Source: Octopus vulgaris
Taxonomy: Eukaryota
DNA: 64,000 nucleotides
Reading direction: 5' to 3'
NCBI GenBank assembly: GCA_951406725.2
Contig: OX597814.1
Span: 67,580,001-67,644,000, forward strand
This document shows positions 28,110-43,528 of this stretch, one piece after another (position 1 is the stretch's first letter; each line of letters opens with the position of its first letter). Below the pieces are notes generated by a model. It was not told the DNA's origin. It worked only from the letters and a program-made list of their open reading frames with translations, and made no database searches. The position numbers and the translations under genes are program-made.

Positions 28110-29157
28110 ACACACACACAAATATATATGCGTGTGTATGTATTTCCTGTATAGATATTTTTTTAATATATTTGTCTACTTATTCTTGGTTTTTGATTCG
28201 TTTCAAATATGGTCATTCTGTAAAGGGTGGAAGTCTGCCAAATACATCTATCACCTGCTACTATATAATGCTAATTCCAGTGGTGTTCTGAAGCTTGACT
28301 TAGTATGATTCGTTCTCATGTGCAGTATGTTCATTACGTTACACCACTGTACCTTTCTGCATATTAATTCATATGCGTGTCGGAGGAAGATGCGTTGATG
28401 GAACAAGACACAAATTACAAGATAATTGTCAGCAAATGGAATGAACTTTTTTTTCCCTTCTTACATTGTGTGTGTGTGTGTATACATATATGCATGCATA
28501 CAGTTCTATTTATACGTACATACAAAGATATTTGCACCGATACACATATGTATTCATATGTATACGTACATGCACGAATGCACACACATATAGAGCAATA
28601 TTAAAATTAATATTACATATACGTGGATCTTAATAATGATAGGTTTCAAAAATGTTTACAAATAGTAGGTACATAATTGCCATTCGTTTTCTGGGAAAAC
28701 GAATTGTTTTTGCAGAAAATTCTAAGGAATAAGTAATTACGATTATCAACATTACTCAGAACACAGTCGTTATTCAGCAATTTCAGTTTGATAGATTTTT
28801 GAGGTCTTTAAGTCTTTTTACGAAATCTAATTAGCCATTCATAAGTATGGTTAATCATTATAGTTTTTTTTTTACCGTGCAAATATATGAGAGATCGCCT
28901 CAAAAAGAGTCATCATATGTGTATATATAACGATAATCTCTGCACATATAATATGTTTAATACGAAACATAATCTCTGCACATATAATAGGTTTAATACG
29001 AAAAGATATTTAAATGAAAATCCATCCAAACTCCGTTTCACTATGACCATCAATAAATATCGAGGAAAATCATTGGAAGTTGTTAGGCAAATCCTGCTTT
29101 TTCACATGATCAACACTATTTCGTAGTAATTCTTACTTAAATAGCAATTATATAGAT

Positions 29158-29412
29158 CAGTCGTTCTCAACCGGGATCTATATAACCCTTGGGGGTCCAT
29201 ATAAGATTTTGTTGTTAAAATTTATGTGAAATAAACAAGTTGTACTTCCACAACAAACGAAATATTTTAACAGTCTTTTGATACATTTCCTAATACTATC
29301 TAATTATAAAATTATAACAGGATTTTTTAAAACATTGAATAGCTGTGAGGGTCCTCTAGAGTAAGATAGGAATCAAAGGAGTCCATAAGTGAAAAATGAT
29401 TAAGAGACACTG
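29158..29412. mobile_element. hAT-type MITE
   Basis: CAGT...ACTG termini (cagtcgttctcaacc / gattaagagacactg) with an 8-bp TSD atatagat/atatagaa. Confidence 0.75.
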
Positions 29413-30458
29413 ATATAGAAGGATCCCAATTCTTTATATAGTTTGTAATGCATGACAAAATCAACACGTTACTGCATAGTGTTAGTTTAAATAAGATAAC
29501 CTGAATATCACTGTGTATCTCGGTTAGTATATAGATTAATAAATTTAGATACATATATATATATATATACAATAGATTTATTTATTATGCACGGAAATAT
29601 ATCTAAGTATTAGTGCAGCTACAAATTTATTTCTTTTATTGCTTCAACTATCAACTATATACACAAGTAAAACCACTTGAGCGTAAATTCCCACTTATTT
29701 TCGTCCTTGACAAAGAAACATCTGTCTTTCCACTAAATACAAGTTTTCCTATATTTGTGTGTTCACCAATTTCTCACTGTGACTTTCATGGGAATTTTTA
29801 TAACAAAATTTTTTATAGAAAAACATTTTATCTGCAGAAGTTTTTCCATAGAAGATGCTATATTTTTTTAAAACATTGTTATCGGCTCATACTTGGAAAC
29901 AGTAATATTTCTAAATTGCAAAAGTTCTTTTAATATGATTCTAGCAGAGCCAATCGGTGTGTGTATAATAATTTTTCAAATAGCTTCAGTTTCACAGTTC
30001 CCGCCCATCAAATTCTCTCACAATGTATTGATTAACGCAGGGTTACAGAAAAATAAAACACTTATCCGAGGTGTTGGACACTGGGTTCGAAATCGAAATG
30101 ATGCTATTGGAAAGTGATCGTAGTTACCATTAATTATGCCTTCACCTACATATATACAAATATATAACTATTTGGTTTTAAAGATGACTGCTGGTATGAA
30201 TGAGAATCATTAGAAGCAGAAATTTTATGCAAGTTTAATTGCATAGTATTCTGAAGACAAAACTTTAAATAATACATTGGAAAAACTTCATTGAAGAAGT
30301 TTGATTAATTGTTGTCTGCAACATGACATGTTAAAATAATGTTGCACATAATACACGCTCATATATGGGCACACGTTCTTAATATCAGTTGAGATTGTAC
30401 AGACATTCTCATTTATCATACATCACTTATTCGTAGAATACATAACAAATTATCTGCA

Positions 30459-30600
30459 CAGTTCTATATTTAAGAGATGAGGAATTATGTACATTATTTA
30501 CATTTGATGGATATTTGTTCTCATCTTGTTTGTTTTTAATCTTCATCAGGTGTCTAGGGGAAATTTCGAACCTGGGTTCTCGTTCCTAAAGTATATTTCG
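30459..30600 (-). mobile_element. Penelope-type pLTR fragment with a deleted hammerhead
   Basis: acacCTGATGAag... and downstream sequence; inverted homolog of 32157-32268. Confidence 0.55.
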
Positions 30601-30619
30601 CTATTATTATTATTATTAT

Positions 30620-30678
<59 letters not shown>

Positions 30679-30709
30679 TTATTATTATTATTATTATTGT
30701 TATTATCAT

Positions 30710-32073
<1,364 letters not shown>

Positions 32074-32084
32074 TTATTCAAGTC

Positions 32085-32268
32085 ACTGGAATCGAACTCG
32101 GAATCTTGGGGTTAGTAATCCTAGCTCTTAACCACTACGCCATATGCCCACGGGCAGGTTCAAAATTTCCCCCCAAGACATCTGATGAAGACTGGAGAGT
32201 ATATTAAATGTTGTGTTAACAACAAAAAGATGAGGGCAAATATCCGTCAAATATAAATGATGTAAATA
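32085..32268 (+). mobile_element. Penelope-type pLTR fragment with antisense tRNA-like segment and eroded hammerhead
   Basis: 32085-32150 is tRNA-like on - (TGGCGTAGTGG, GTTCGATTCC); CTGATGAag at about 32183. Confidence 0.55.
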
Positions 32269-32397
32269 AAATTATCTATTGAAGACATTGAAGCTTGTGA
32301 GATTTTACGTGACTGTAAGTATGAACATATCAGTTAGAAAGAGGTAGGAATAAAACCAGAAAATAATGAGAAAAAATAGAGAGAGAGACGCAGACAG

Positions 32398-32428
<31 letters not shown>

Positions 32429-33049
32429 AAAGATAGGGAAATTAGATTAAAACAAAGATTTAACTAAAACAAAAATCAGACACAACCGATTAATTCTATT
32501 TTACTGGTACAAGAGTGATTCTAAAGTGAACTAGGTTTCCGGTTCCAACAAGACTAAACAAGTGTAAACAGCATCCAAACTTGATGGAATCGAGTATTTC
32601 AGTTTGTTTCCATTTAGATATATATTCAATAGATTTATTCATTATGTACGTAAATATATCTAAGTATTAGTGCAGTTACAAATTTATTGCTTCAACTATC
32701 AACTATATGCACAAGTAAAACCACTATGTTTCACTTTATTTTCATGTAATTCTAAATGGACCCGCAACGCATAAAACAGAAGTATGTCATATTCAACGAA
32801 AGCTCCGAGAGAGACAAAATTTCTTGTACTGTGGTATTTGAAACTGCAAAAAGACTTTTTGATAACAAGATATGACTTCTTTAATGAGGGAATTTAATAA
32901 CGTTGTTTCTCCAGTATATACCGGCAATATACTCTGCATATGGTTAAGGCGGCGAGCTGACATTTCGTCCATCTTTACATTCTGAGTTCAAATGCCGCCG
33001 GGATCGACTTTCCTTTCATCCTTTCGGGTATATATGTGTGTATGTATAG

Positions 33050-33381
33050 TGACCCCCTTCGGTCAGACACTGACCATGGGTTTGCACCTAGAGAGTTACC
33101 CTCTGAGGCACAAGTCTGGGCAAGGTTGCTTTTTTTTATGGAAGACCAGCAGTCGCCCATGCATACCGGCCTCCCCTCTCCACGTCACCGATGTTGTCCA
33201 AGGGAAAGGCAAGGGCCGATACAGCTTGGCACCTGTGACGTCGCAACTCATTTCTACAGCTGAGTGAACTGGAGCAACGTGAAATAAAGTGTCTTGCTCA
33301 AGAACACAACACGCAGCCCGGTCCGGGATTCGAGCTCACAACCTCACGATCGTGAGCTCGACGCTCTAACCACTGAGCCAC
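33050..33381 (-). mobile_element. tRNA-derived SINE
   Basis: The reverse strand shows TGGCTCAGTGG (A box), GCTCGAATCC (B box) and the core gtgttcttgagcaagacact. Confidence 0.85.
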
Positions 33382-33442
33382 GTGTATGTATATATGTATG
33401 TATATAAGTATATACGCGTATATATGTGTATATATATGTATA

Positions 33443-33494
<52 letters not shown>

Positions 33495-33536
33495 CATATA
33501 TATATACATATTTATATACATATGTGTGTGTGTATA

Positions 33537-33585
<49 letters not shown>

Positions 33586-33593
33586 GTAAGTAA

Positions 33594-33624
<31 letters not shown>

Positions 33625-33632
33625 TGTATGGG

Positions 33633-33723
<91 letters not shown>

Positions 33724-33727
33724 CTAA

Positions 33728-34066
33728 ACTCTGTCGGTCACGAATGACCATGAGTGCACCTAAAAGTTTACCCTCCGGCGTACAAGACTGAGAGGAAAGT
33801 TGCCTCACCAGGGAACGCACAACACAGGGTTGTTTTTATGGAAGACCAGCAAGTCACCCATGCATACCAGCATCCCCTCTCCACGCCTCCGATGTTATCC
33901 AAGGGAAAGGCAAAAGCCGATACAGCTTGGCACCAATGGCGTTGCAACTCGTTTCTATAGCTGAGTGAAATAAAGTGTCTTGCTCAAGAACACAACACGC
34001 AGCCCGGTCCAGGAATCCAACTTACACCTCATGATCGTAAGCTTGACGCTCTAACCACTGAGCCAT
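33728..34066 (-). mobile_element. tRNA-derived SINE (same family as 33050)
   Basis: Aligns with 33050-33381. Confidence 0.85.
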
Positions 34067-34447
34067 GAGTATTCATATGTATATAGTTGCATATCAGTGG
34101 AAAGACACCTGTTGTTATATTCTTGTTTGTATTTTTAATTGTGTACCATGTTCTCTGTCTTTTTTTTTTGTCTTTCTTGTCGCACGTATTCGCAAGCTTT
34201 TTTACAAAAACTTCTAATGCTTTTAGCTTGGAGCAACCAGATCGAATAGCCTCAAGTGTAACTGTCAGAAACTGTAAGGGCATCTGGTAACTTGACTGAT
34301 GAAAGAAGGCCACGAATGACCTGTCATTTTTTTCCTGTCCATCCAATTGTTTTTTTTCCTGTCTGCTTTCGTATCGCCTATCTGTCCGGTTATTTTATTG
34401 TCCTCTATTGCGTTTTTGTTCCATTTTATATTCATACACACACACAC

Positions 34448-34478
<31 letters not shown>

Positions 34479-34949
34479 TGTATGTATGTATGTATGTATG
34501 TATGTATGTATGTATGTATGTATGTATGTATGTATGATTGTATGTACGTATGATTGTATGTATGTATGCATGTATATATATGTATGTGTGTGTGTGTAAG
34601 TGTGTGTGTGTAAGTGTGTGTGTGTGTGGGGGGGTGGATATGTATAGTGTGTTAGGTGTGATGTACAGAAATTGAATATTGGGAAAAAAAGTTGTCAGAA
34701 TTTTGTTAAAAAATCTTTTTCATTTCTTCATTATTATTAGCGCTTTCGTTTCTTTCGTTCCTACATACACGTGTGTATATATATACACGTGTGTATATAT
34801 ATACACGTATACACGTGTATGTATATATAAATATATACATATATATGTATATATGTAAGTATGAATATATGTATTCACGTATATATGTATGTATATATAT
34901 ATATATATATATGTGTATATATATATATATATGTGTGTGTATGTATTTG

Positions 34950-35016
<67 letters not shown>

Positions 35017-35017
35017 T

Positions 35018-35056
<39 letters not shown>

Positions 35057-35112
35057 TTGTATATATATATATATATGTATGTATGTATGTATGCATGTAT
35101 ATATGTGTATAT

Positions 35113-35250
35113 ACAGGGTGTGTGAAAATAAGTAGACATTAAAAATTAGTAATAAAATCCATATTCCTTTTACAAATTTATTGAAACAAATGATACTTGT
35201 TCTTTATTACATGGGAAAATCAAAGTGAAATTGCCCGTTGAACTTTATTA
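35113..35250. mobile_element. Tc1-like terminal fragment
   Basis: TA-CAGGGTGTGTGAAAATAAG terminus. Confidence 0.4.
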
Positions 35251-35259
35251 ACTGCAGAG

Positions 35260-35582
35260 TAATTTCCGGCCTCGGCGCGCCAAAGTGAAGACATTTGAAA
35301 AATACACCCAAATATAATTTGTACATGCTCGATTTCGGTTGAGCGTTCTGTATCTAGTTCTGGATATCTGCGTGTTTGCGTACGTAGATATTAACAAGTA
35401 AAACCATTGGTACGTAGGTAATCGTTTTTTATTTCGTATATTTTCATTTGTCTTGCCCATTTTTACATTTAGGCGTTTTGCTGAGATTTTTCTTGAGAAC
35501 ACATTCTTCGTGGTAATGGCGATTTGACGTCTATGTTTAGCATACTAGGTGTCCACTTTAGTGGTCATCCTCTTAATTTTGT
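35260..35582 (+). mobile_element. diverged homolog of the 61690-62400 pLTR-like repeat
   Basis: Shares atggcgatttgacgtctat..tagcat..gtccacttt and gcgcgccaaagt.aag.catttgaaa with the 62 kb element. Confidence 0.55.
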
Positions 35583-36474
35583 ATATATATATATATTATG
35601 TATGTATCTATAAGTGTGTGTATGTGTATATATATGCATGTGTGTGGGGGTTGTGTGGGTGTGTGTATGTGTGTGAATGCATGAAATATGAGGGGAATCT
35701 TGAAGTAACACGATTTTGCTTGCTGAACTTATACGAGCTACTCGAAAACGCACCCTCAGTGTAGTGAATGGAGTTTGGCCTGCAGACGTATGTCTATCAA
35801 GAGCTGGGCTCAATAGTCACCAGTGAAGCCACAAGCGTAAAGTACAATTTTCTCTGAACGCATTATGTGCAGCAATTATTTGAACGAAGTAAAGCATTGC
35901 TCATCTTACTATTGGACAAGATATTGAATGCCGGGTATCTTCAATGAATGTGGAAGAAAAACAGTCACAATAACTCATTGCTGCTAATGTATCTTTTACC
36001 TGCGGGGTTTGTCACGGCTGTTTTGCAGTCTAAAAAGGCCTTACAGCTACTTTTGCATGATTATTTGAGGAATTGAAGCAATGTGATTTTAAACAGAAAT
36101 GCTTTTATAATATCAATGATGTAAATGATATTGGGAATTTAACATTGTAGATATAAGCATTATAGTATAGATGTTATGAATAGAGGTAAAGTTTACTGAA
36201 AGAATATGTGACAGAGTGAGTGAGAGAAATAGAAAGTGAGAGAAAATGAAAACACGAAGAGAAGAGTGATAGTTGAGAGGTGGGTGTCTTCTACCTGGAA
36301 CATTAAAAGAGAAGACAGAATGCATGTTTATGTATTTTGGGCATCAAATTGATTTCAGTTCATATTGTTTCTTTATCTTTTTTTAGTCCGCTTTTTTTCC
36401 TGTTTTTATTCCGTTTTGCTTTTGTTTTTGTACTTTTTTTTTATTTGAATTCACTTTTTAACGTGTCTTTTTTG

Positions 36475-36664
36475 TTATATGTGTTCAATTGTATCAGACT
36501 TACTTCTAGAAAATTTACCAAACACTGAACACCACCTGTGAATGGTCATGCGGAAGACACGGCAGAACTTTCGGTTGAAAGCACAGTACATCACAAAATT
36601 CATGGAGTGGTTGACTGTCATTAGAAAATTCGAAAATGCTCGCAAAAATTTGAAGAGAGGTGTC
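36475..36664 (-). CDS. same GPCR, exon 2: TM7, helix 8 and C-tail
   Basis: ctctcatccacag|G acceptor in phase 2 matches the exon-1 donor. Encodes KTPLFKFLRAFSNFLMTVNHSMNFVMYCAFNRKFCRVFRMTIHRWCSVFGKFSRSKSDTIEHI*. The spliced product is 374 aa. Confidence 0.92.
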
Positions 36665-36921
36665 CTGTGGATGAGAGAATTTCAATATTAGTAGCAGTAG
36701 TAGTAGTAGAATGTAGGGGAGGAGGAGAAAGGGGGAGTGGATGAATATTGAGGAAAATAACAATAAAGAATATTTCATTTGTATACAAATACACCCCCCA
36801 CACACACACATACTAAAAAAAGATGAAATAATGATTTTTAAAACATCTTTTTGTTTTCTACCAAGCACTTGAAGATTTACATTCATATACAATTACAATA
36901 ATGATGATATTATTGATTTAA

Positions 36922-37430
36922 AATTTTGGCACAAGGCCAGCAAATTCGGGGAGAGTTAAGTCGATTGCATTGACCCTAGTATTCAACTGGTAATTATTTT
37001 ATCGACCTCGAAAGGATGAAAGGCAAAGTCGACCTCGACGGAATCTGAACTCAGAACCTGGAATAATAATATTATTCTACTCTACTCTAGGTACAAGACC
37101 CGAAATTTTTGGGGTGGGGACCAGTCGATTAGAACCTCAGTACGCAACTGGCACTTAATTTATTGACCCCGAAAGGATGAAAGCAAAGTCGACCCCGACG
37201 GAATTTGAACTCAGAACATTAAGACAGACGAAATACCGCTAGCGTGCTAACGTTTCTACCAGCTCGTCGACTTTAAATCATCTTTTCTACTCAAGGCACA
37301 AGGCCCGAAATTCTTGGGGAGGGGGCCAGTCAATTAGATCGAACCCTGTTCGCAACTGATACTTAATTTATCGACCCCCGAAAGGATGATAGGCAAAATT
37401 GACTTCATTGGAATTTGAACTCAGAACCTG
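36922..37430 (-). mobile_element. three stacked fragments of one SINE family
   Basis: Repeated gaccccgaaaggatgaaaggcaaagtcgacc...gaatttgaactcagaac unit. Confidence 0.8.
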
Positions 37431-37559
37431 GAATAATAATAATATTATTGTCATAAGTCTTGCTTTCGACCTGCCATAAGAAATAACAGCCGAAATGAAC
37501 TGAAAACACATGAACATCAATAGCAGGAAACAATGAAATAAAACTATGTATCAGAATGT

Positions 37560-38385
37560 TATTAATTTAACGAAATTTGGCTATGCACTCAGTATCTTTT
37601 CAAATTCAAACAAATCATTTTTTCACACCTCGCTGCCCACATAGACTGGCAGAGAAACGAGTCCAGTGCAGAGCGATGAGTGCCTTAGTACCGTTTATTC
37701 TCTCGCCTAAGACAGACTCAAGTGCCTCTACTTGTTGAATATAGTTCCCGTCTTGCAAGTTTACAAACTCAATGCTGCGGTTCACTGTGCTGTGACGAAA
37801 ATGGTACCTTGGTATCTCAGGAATATGCAAGTATACACGTCACAAATCACGGTAATTAGTTGTTCTCAGCAGAATTAATCGACGAATGCAATCTTCGAGT
37901 GTGTTACGATCTCGAGAAGGTACGGTGTAAAGAAAAAATTCTTGAGTTTCGCGACACACACTGCCGAAAATCCACTGTTCGGGTAACATTATTCGACCTC
38001 GGTTGTACTTTCTTCTCGAAAAGAATGTTTCGTCTGTTTCTACAATTCTGCCTGGACCTGCAATCTTCATTGGATTGCGGAGCAAATCTTCAGCGCAAAC
38101 TTCCCGTAAATAATTTTCATAATCTACTGCCGCAGCTGCACCAATCCCTAGTTCGTCCTTTCAAAACCTCCTGGTTCGTCAACACGAACCAGGAGTAGAT
38201 AAATAAAATTAAACTTCTAAATGGAAGGGTTCCCCCTTCCAGCCACGTGCCTCTTCTAGCGTACACAGACTCTCAATATTCCTACTACATCTCCAGTATA
38301 ACCAGCCATGAAATGAAACAAATAATGAAGCGGAGCTGCTATGACAACAAACAGTTTCCATCGCCGTTGTCAGGACAGTGGCTTA
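37560..38385 (-). mobile_element. Merlin (IS1016/ISXO2-like) transposase remnant
   Basis: GPGRIVETDETFFSRRKYNRGR...QWIFGSVCRET..F...VPSRDRNTL...I and HSTVNRS..FV....YIQQVE motifs. Confidence 0.85.
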
Positions 38386-38561
38386 AAATTCAATGGCTAA
38401 AAATACGTAACATTTAATGTTTCTAACTTGTTTGCTATAAATTTTCCAAAATAATGAATGCAGTATTCGTCATTAGCATGCATAACTATATCAAAAGTAC
38501 ATTTTTTGAAAATTTTCAGACTAAAATTTGTGGTTGGAAGAAATCGAAAAGATCCCCCGCT

Positions 38562-38643
<82 letters not shown>

Positions 38644-40199
38644 ACACACACACACACACATACACACACACACACACGTTCATACAAGAAATGAAAGCTT
38701 GCTGATCTTTGCAACTTTGGCCGAGATTCGCCAATCGAAGACCAACGTTTCCAGTCCAGTGCACCTTGCAAACTGTTTGACCACATATCTCCAGAAAGCC
38801 GCGCTCAATTGGAATCTGACAGCATGTGCCAGCCGCGGTCTACCCGCAATCAAAAGTTGGCTTTGTTGTTTCGCTGCACTTCCATTACCCGGGCTTATCG
38901 AACTGTTTTTGGGACCCCTGTGTTTCAAAGTACACGATCTAGCACCAACAGTGCATCATTCATGTTTCGTCTCGAAGAATTAAGAGGACATTCTCGTCGC
39001 TAGGACGTCGTTTATGATACCGCTTCTTTGCACCACCTCCAATTGATTTACTGACATCCCCTTCTACTCTACCTTTCTCAATTATTACTTCATCGCCTAG
39101 GATACGAGTTGCTTCTCTAAGTTTTCTTTTTAACAATATTCACCACGTATTATTGATGGTATTATTAATTAATTATCGCCTAACTAGTTCTTGTGCTTTA
39201 AATCTTTTCGTCCTGAGCTTAATTTAGTTTCAGGGCTCATAACCGAGTCTCTGACTACTTGTCATGGTTGTATTAACTGTACAAAAATACGAATTTGTGT
39301 TGGCAAATTTTCGATAAACTTAACGGATAATCTAGTCATAAACTTATTTAAATACTACCTGAATGTCCTGCTGCAGACTTTTACAGTCTACAATTATGCA
39401 TTAGGCAACTGGAGTTTCTGAGAAAATTTACGAGGCTTATACACGCTCCCTCCTACCGACTTCACCCACACAATTTCTTCGAAGGTCTAAGATTCTATTC
39501 CAGTTGGTCGCAAAACCTGAGTGAGATATTCCGAGGAATGTTTAAAAACGTCTAAAAAAATCAGGCCTCTTAGCTCTTGTTGGAACATAAAAGGGCACTA
39601 GTCTGAAAGCATTACTGTCAACATTCCTGTTCTTCATATCCAGAACTAATGCCGTCTAGATCTAGAAAGATCGTACTTACTTTTAGATACAAGCTTTCTG
39701 CCACCCACTCGACCCTAGCCGAGAAAACATAGAGTGAACCTCGTCGTCGACTAGAAGGGAAGAGAGCGAGAGAGTATCTCGAAAATTCGTGTAAAAATGC
39801 CTAGTGGCCAGAGGTTGTTAGGTAGGTATCACTGCTTCTACGCCAATTCCAAGTCATGTTTATAAATCTAATCTTAGTATGGCAAGTTAAGGGTGAAATG
39901 CAGAAACTAAAATCATTCTTATCTATCCTTTTCCTGGACCCTTTAAAAATCCTTTTCTTGTTTTATTCCTTGTACTGTTGCTTTTGTTGCTAGTACGTTT
40001 GCTATTGACTTCGTGCAGTAGATTTTGTTTTATATATTTATATTTTTTATTTTTTTATATTTTTTGACATGTGTGTATGTATAGAGATGCGTATGTGCAT
40101 ATATCTATGTACATATGTGCGTATGTTGATAGATACACAATATGAATGTATATGTATATGTATGAACACGCGCGCGCGCACGCACACACAAAAATACAT

Positions 40200-41825
40200 A
40201 GTGAAGGCGCGTGGTCTAGCAGTATTGCGCTCAAGGTCGCAAGATTGTGATTTCGATTCCTCGAACAAAACACTCCATTTCTACATGTGGCATACGACAC
40301 GCCATGTACCTGTATTGGCAATGTCCATTTGATAGAGGGAGCTATCTCTGCCTGGCAGAGTCTCTTCTTGATTCAGGACTGCAGTTCAGTCAAGGAGACG
40401 AGCTGGGGAAAGGCCTATTTGACAAACAGCGACCACACCTGTTCACTGTTTAGGCAGAATATCTGGAGATAGCGCGGCCTCAGCGCATGTCTACGCATCA
40501 TTAGCCACGGCATGCCCAACCCTCCACGTAAAGCGTGCTGGCACCAGGTGGACTGCATCACCAATGGAACCTGTCACTTCCACAAGAATTTGAAAAGAAG
40601 GCACTCCAACTTGGTGAGGCGCGATAGGAGGAAAGGCACGACACTCAGGTGGTAGTAGATGACGGACGCGATGTACACATTCTCCACCTCCGCCCAACCT
40701 TTCAGTGACAGCTTCCTTGCAGCCCATTTCTGGATGAGACTCTATTCTCCACCTCGTCCGAATTCTTATCCACTTAGAGGTCTTTACCAGTCCGTCCGTT
40801 CATCGGCCAACGACTCTGTTGGACGCCATGGACTTGCCTCTCCAGGTGCCGAGCTGCAAGTCCACCGACTTTGCCGGGTTAAATTCGGCTCCTGTCAGCT
40901 TTTCATGTTGCTCTAATAATGTGCCGACCACTCGATTTCTGAGGTGTTCGACACCATCACGGTGATGTCGTCGGCATAAGCCTACTCAGCCCTTCCGCGT
41001 CTCGGTTCGAGTATGATGTCCTGCAGCAGCTCCAGCTTCCGTAATAAACGTTCAAGAATCAATACATACAGAAGGGAGGAGAAAGGGTGCCCTTGACAGA
41101 CCGATCGGGAGATATGGAACGGTGGCCATTAACTTTGACCACCGAGTAGATGCACTGTGCATTGTAGTGATCCAACCTCTGAAAGCGGGGTCGAAGCCAG
41201 TTGCGTTGACGACAGCCCCCAGGTACCGATGGTTGACCCAATCAAATGCTTATGATTGATCTAAATTGATCAGAGCCCACCAAAGCTAGGTTTACACCCT
41301 ACCCTTTCTATGATGTATCGCATGAGGTGGAGGTTGTCATGAATGGATCTGGTCGGGATTGCGCAGGTTTGCGCCTCCCCACCCAATTTCTCGATGACAA
41401 GCATCAACCTCTTCGATAACACCTTGGCCATACTCTTAAACTCTGTGTTGATCAGAGTTATGGGCATGATGGCTTCTAATGTGTTCCTCTTGTTTTCTTC
41501 TTTCCTTATCAACGTCACAACGGGCTGGCTCAGAACTGAAATACTTCCGTTCTGCTGCCAGTTGCAGTAGAGCGTTTCGAAGAGATCGGAGAATAAGTCT
41601 GGCAAATTCCCGTGACCATCCAAACTGGGCGACTTGCGTCACATGTAGCCGACAAAGGCATCCTGATTTTCGACTGAAGTTATCTGCCTTTTGCAGCGCT
41701 CGGAGTCGGCCGTCGCGAGACACGGCATGCTGTTGAGGTAGGGACTGAAGTCTGATACCGTCTCTGACCCGCCACTCTCCCTCAACAACTGAGCAAAGTG
41801 CTGGCGAAACGCCTCACACGTCTGC
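40200..41825 (-). mobile_element. L1/Tx1-clade LINE reverse transcriptase remnant
   Basis: PITLINTEFKSMAKVLSKRL...AQTCAIPTRSIHDNL, SV.QG.P.SPLLY-like and AYADDITV motifs, with frameshifts. Confidence 0.85.
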
Positions 41826-42536
41826 TTGGAATTACCAAGAGGTTTTGTAGGAATTACTACTTCCTATAATGCGCTCCTATATCCACTACTCTTTGTAAAT
41901 GGTAAAGATGTATACCATTTCGACATAATACCAACAAACCCGAAGACTGCATCAACAAGCAGTTTCCTGCATGGACTTCAGTTTGAAAGCATATTCTCCA
42001 ATTACTCCCACCAACTCGTAATAAGCCAATACTCTTTATTTTTTCACTACGTATTCTCATGTGACTGTATAGGCTCAGTTAATGTTTCTATTTCTAAAGC
42101 CACACCAGCAATCCAATGTCAACCCTTCGCCTTCTGCAGCATTTCAACAGTTCCCTTCCACGTTGTAGTCACCCATGCATCCTCTTTCCGGAGTGTACCC
42201 ATTTACGTACAATATCTCCATTACACCTACATTCATTCGACTGTCAACTATACAATGGGTCGTGTTAGACACAGTGCCGGCCGCCGCAAAGGAGAGGATA
42301 TCCACTGACAGCTTTTCGGTGCGTTCAAATTCATATACACCTCACCCCCAATTTTCCATGACAGGTTAGGGCTTGGAATCCTCCAAACGGATACATGACA
42401 TGACGCTTAATCGAATTAGCCCATCATTTACTCCACAAATGCTGCACTTTCCCGTATCACATGTTTCAACATAACTGTAATATATATATACAAACTAAAC
42501 CATTTAATCCGGAGCAATGCGAGACATCTCTGCTAG
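41826..42536 (+). mobile_element. Helitron remnant with 3' terminus
   Basis: SYNALLYPLLFVNGKDVYH resembles a RepHel motif; ends in a degenerate hairpin plus CTAG-T. Confidence 0.6.
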
Positions 42537-42539
42537 TAT

Positions 42540-43352
42540 TAAATATAAACACCAACCTCAAAATGAGAGAATTGGAGTACGGAGCAGGAGAAAGTAGAAA
42601 TATACAACACAGAGAAGTGTAGAACAAAAATTTGAAAACCGCACTTTTTTATCTCTATATTATAATTCTGAAATGCAAAAAGTTCGTTTGTCTGGTTTGG
42701 CATTAAGAACGGGTTAAAGGCCACTAGATCCCCTCGAATCGACTCCAAAATTTACAAAGACATGTAAAGTGAGGTGAGGATGCGAGTGAACTAGGTTAGA
42801 AGTCCCCATCTTAAAAGGTGTCGTTGCTAGGGCCAAAAACGCACTTTGACAAGTCTACTCCCATTTTTTTATGTGTCTGTCTTTCTCCATCTCTCGCTCT
42901 CTTTCCTCCCTTCCTTTCACATTCTCTATATAACGTCGTTTCACAGCGTCTACCTCCCTTCCCTTCACTTTCTCTCTATAACGTAGTTTCACAGCGTCTA
43001 CCTCCCTTCCCTCACTTTCTCTCTATAACGTTATAGAGAGAAAGTGAAAGGAAGTGAGAAAGTAATAATGAGTGAATGAGAATAACGACGAAGGGTTTAA
43101 AGAGCGTAAAAATATTTTCTTTCTCAACTTACTCAAGATCTTTTGTTGTTTATAAATGGGAGAGAGATAGATAGAGAAAGATAGAGAGTAAGAGAAAGCG
43201 AGGGAAAGTCTACTATTTTCCCCCGCGGCCTTCGACAGCGCGGTCACACTCTCTCTCTACGTCTGTCTGCATTCATAGAGAGAATTATCATCGCCACTAC
43301 AATCACACAATCATGAGAACAAATATTATGAATCAGATATTTATTGGGTTAA

Positions 43353-43390
<38 letters not shown>

Positions 43391-43491
43391 CTATATATAA
43401 ATATGTATATATAATGTATATATACAAAGTGTATATATCTGTATTTATATATATATATATATATGATTTGTATACATTTATATATATAACG

Positions 43492-43528
<37 letters not shown>

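Noticed and set aside
36922-37430. CRISPR-like repeat array
   Set aside because: The units are irregular, diverged SINE fragments in eukaryotic DNA, with no spacer periodicity or cas genes.
38690-39360. Possible LTR-retrotransposon gag remnant on the - strand
   Set aside because: Only vague motif traces; no LTR or convincing domain is readable.
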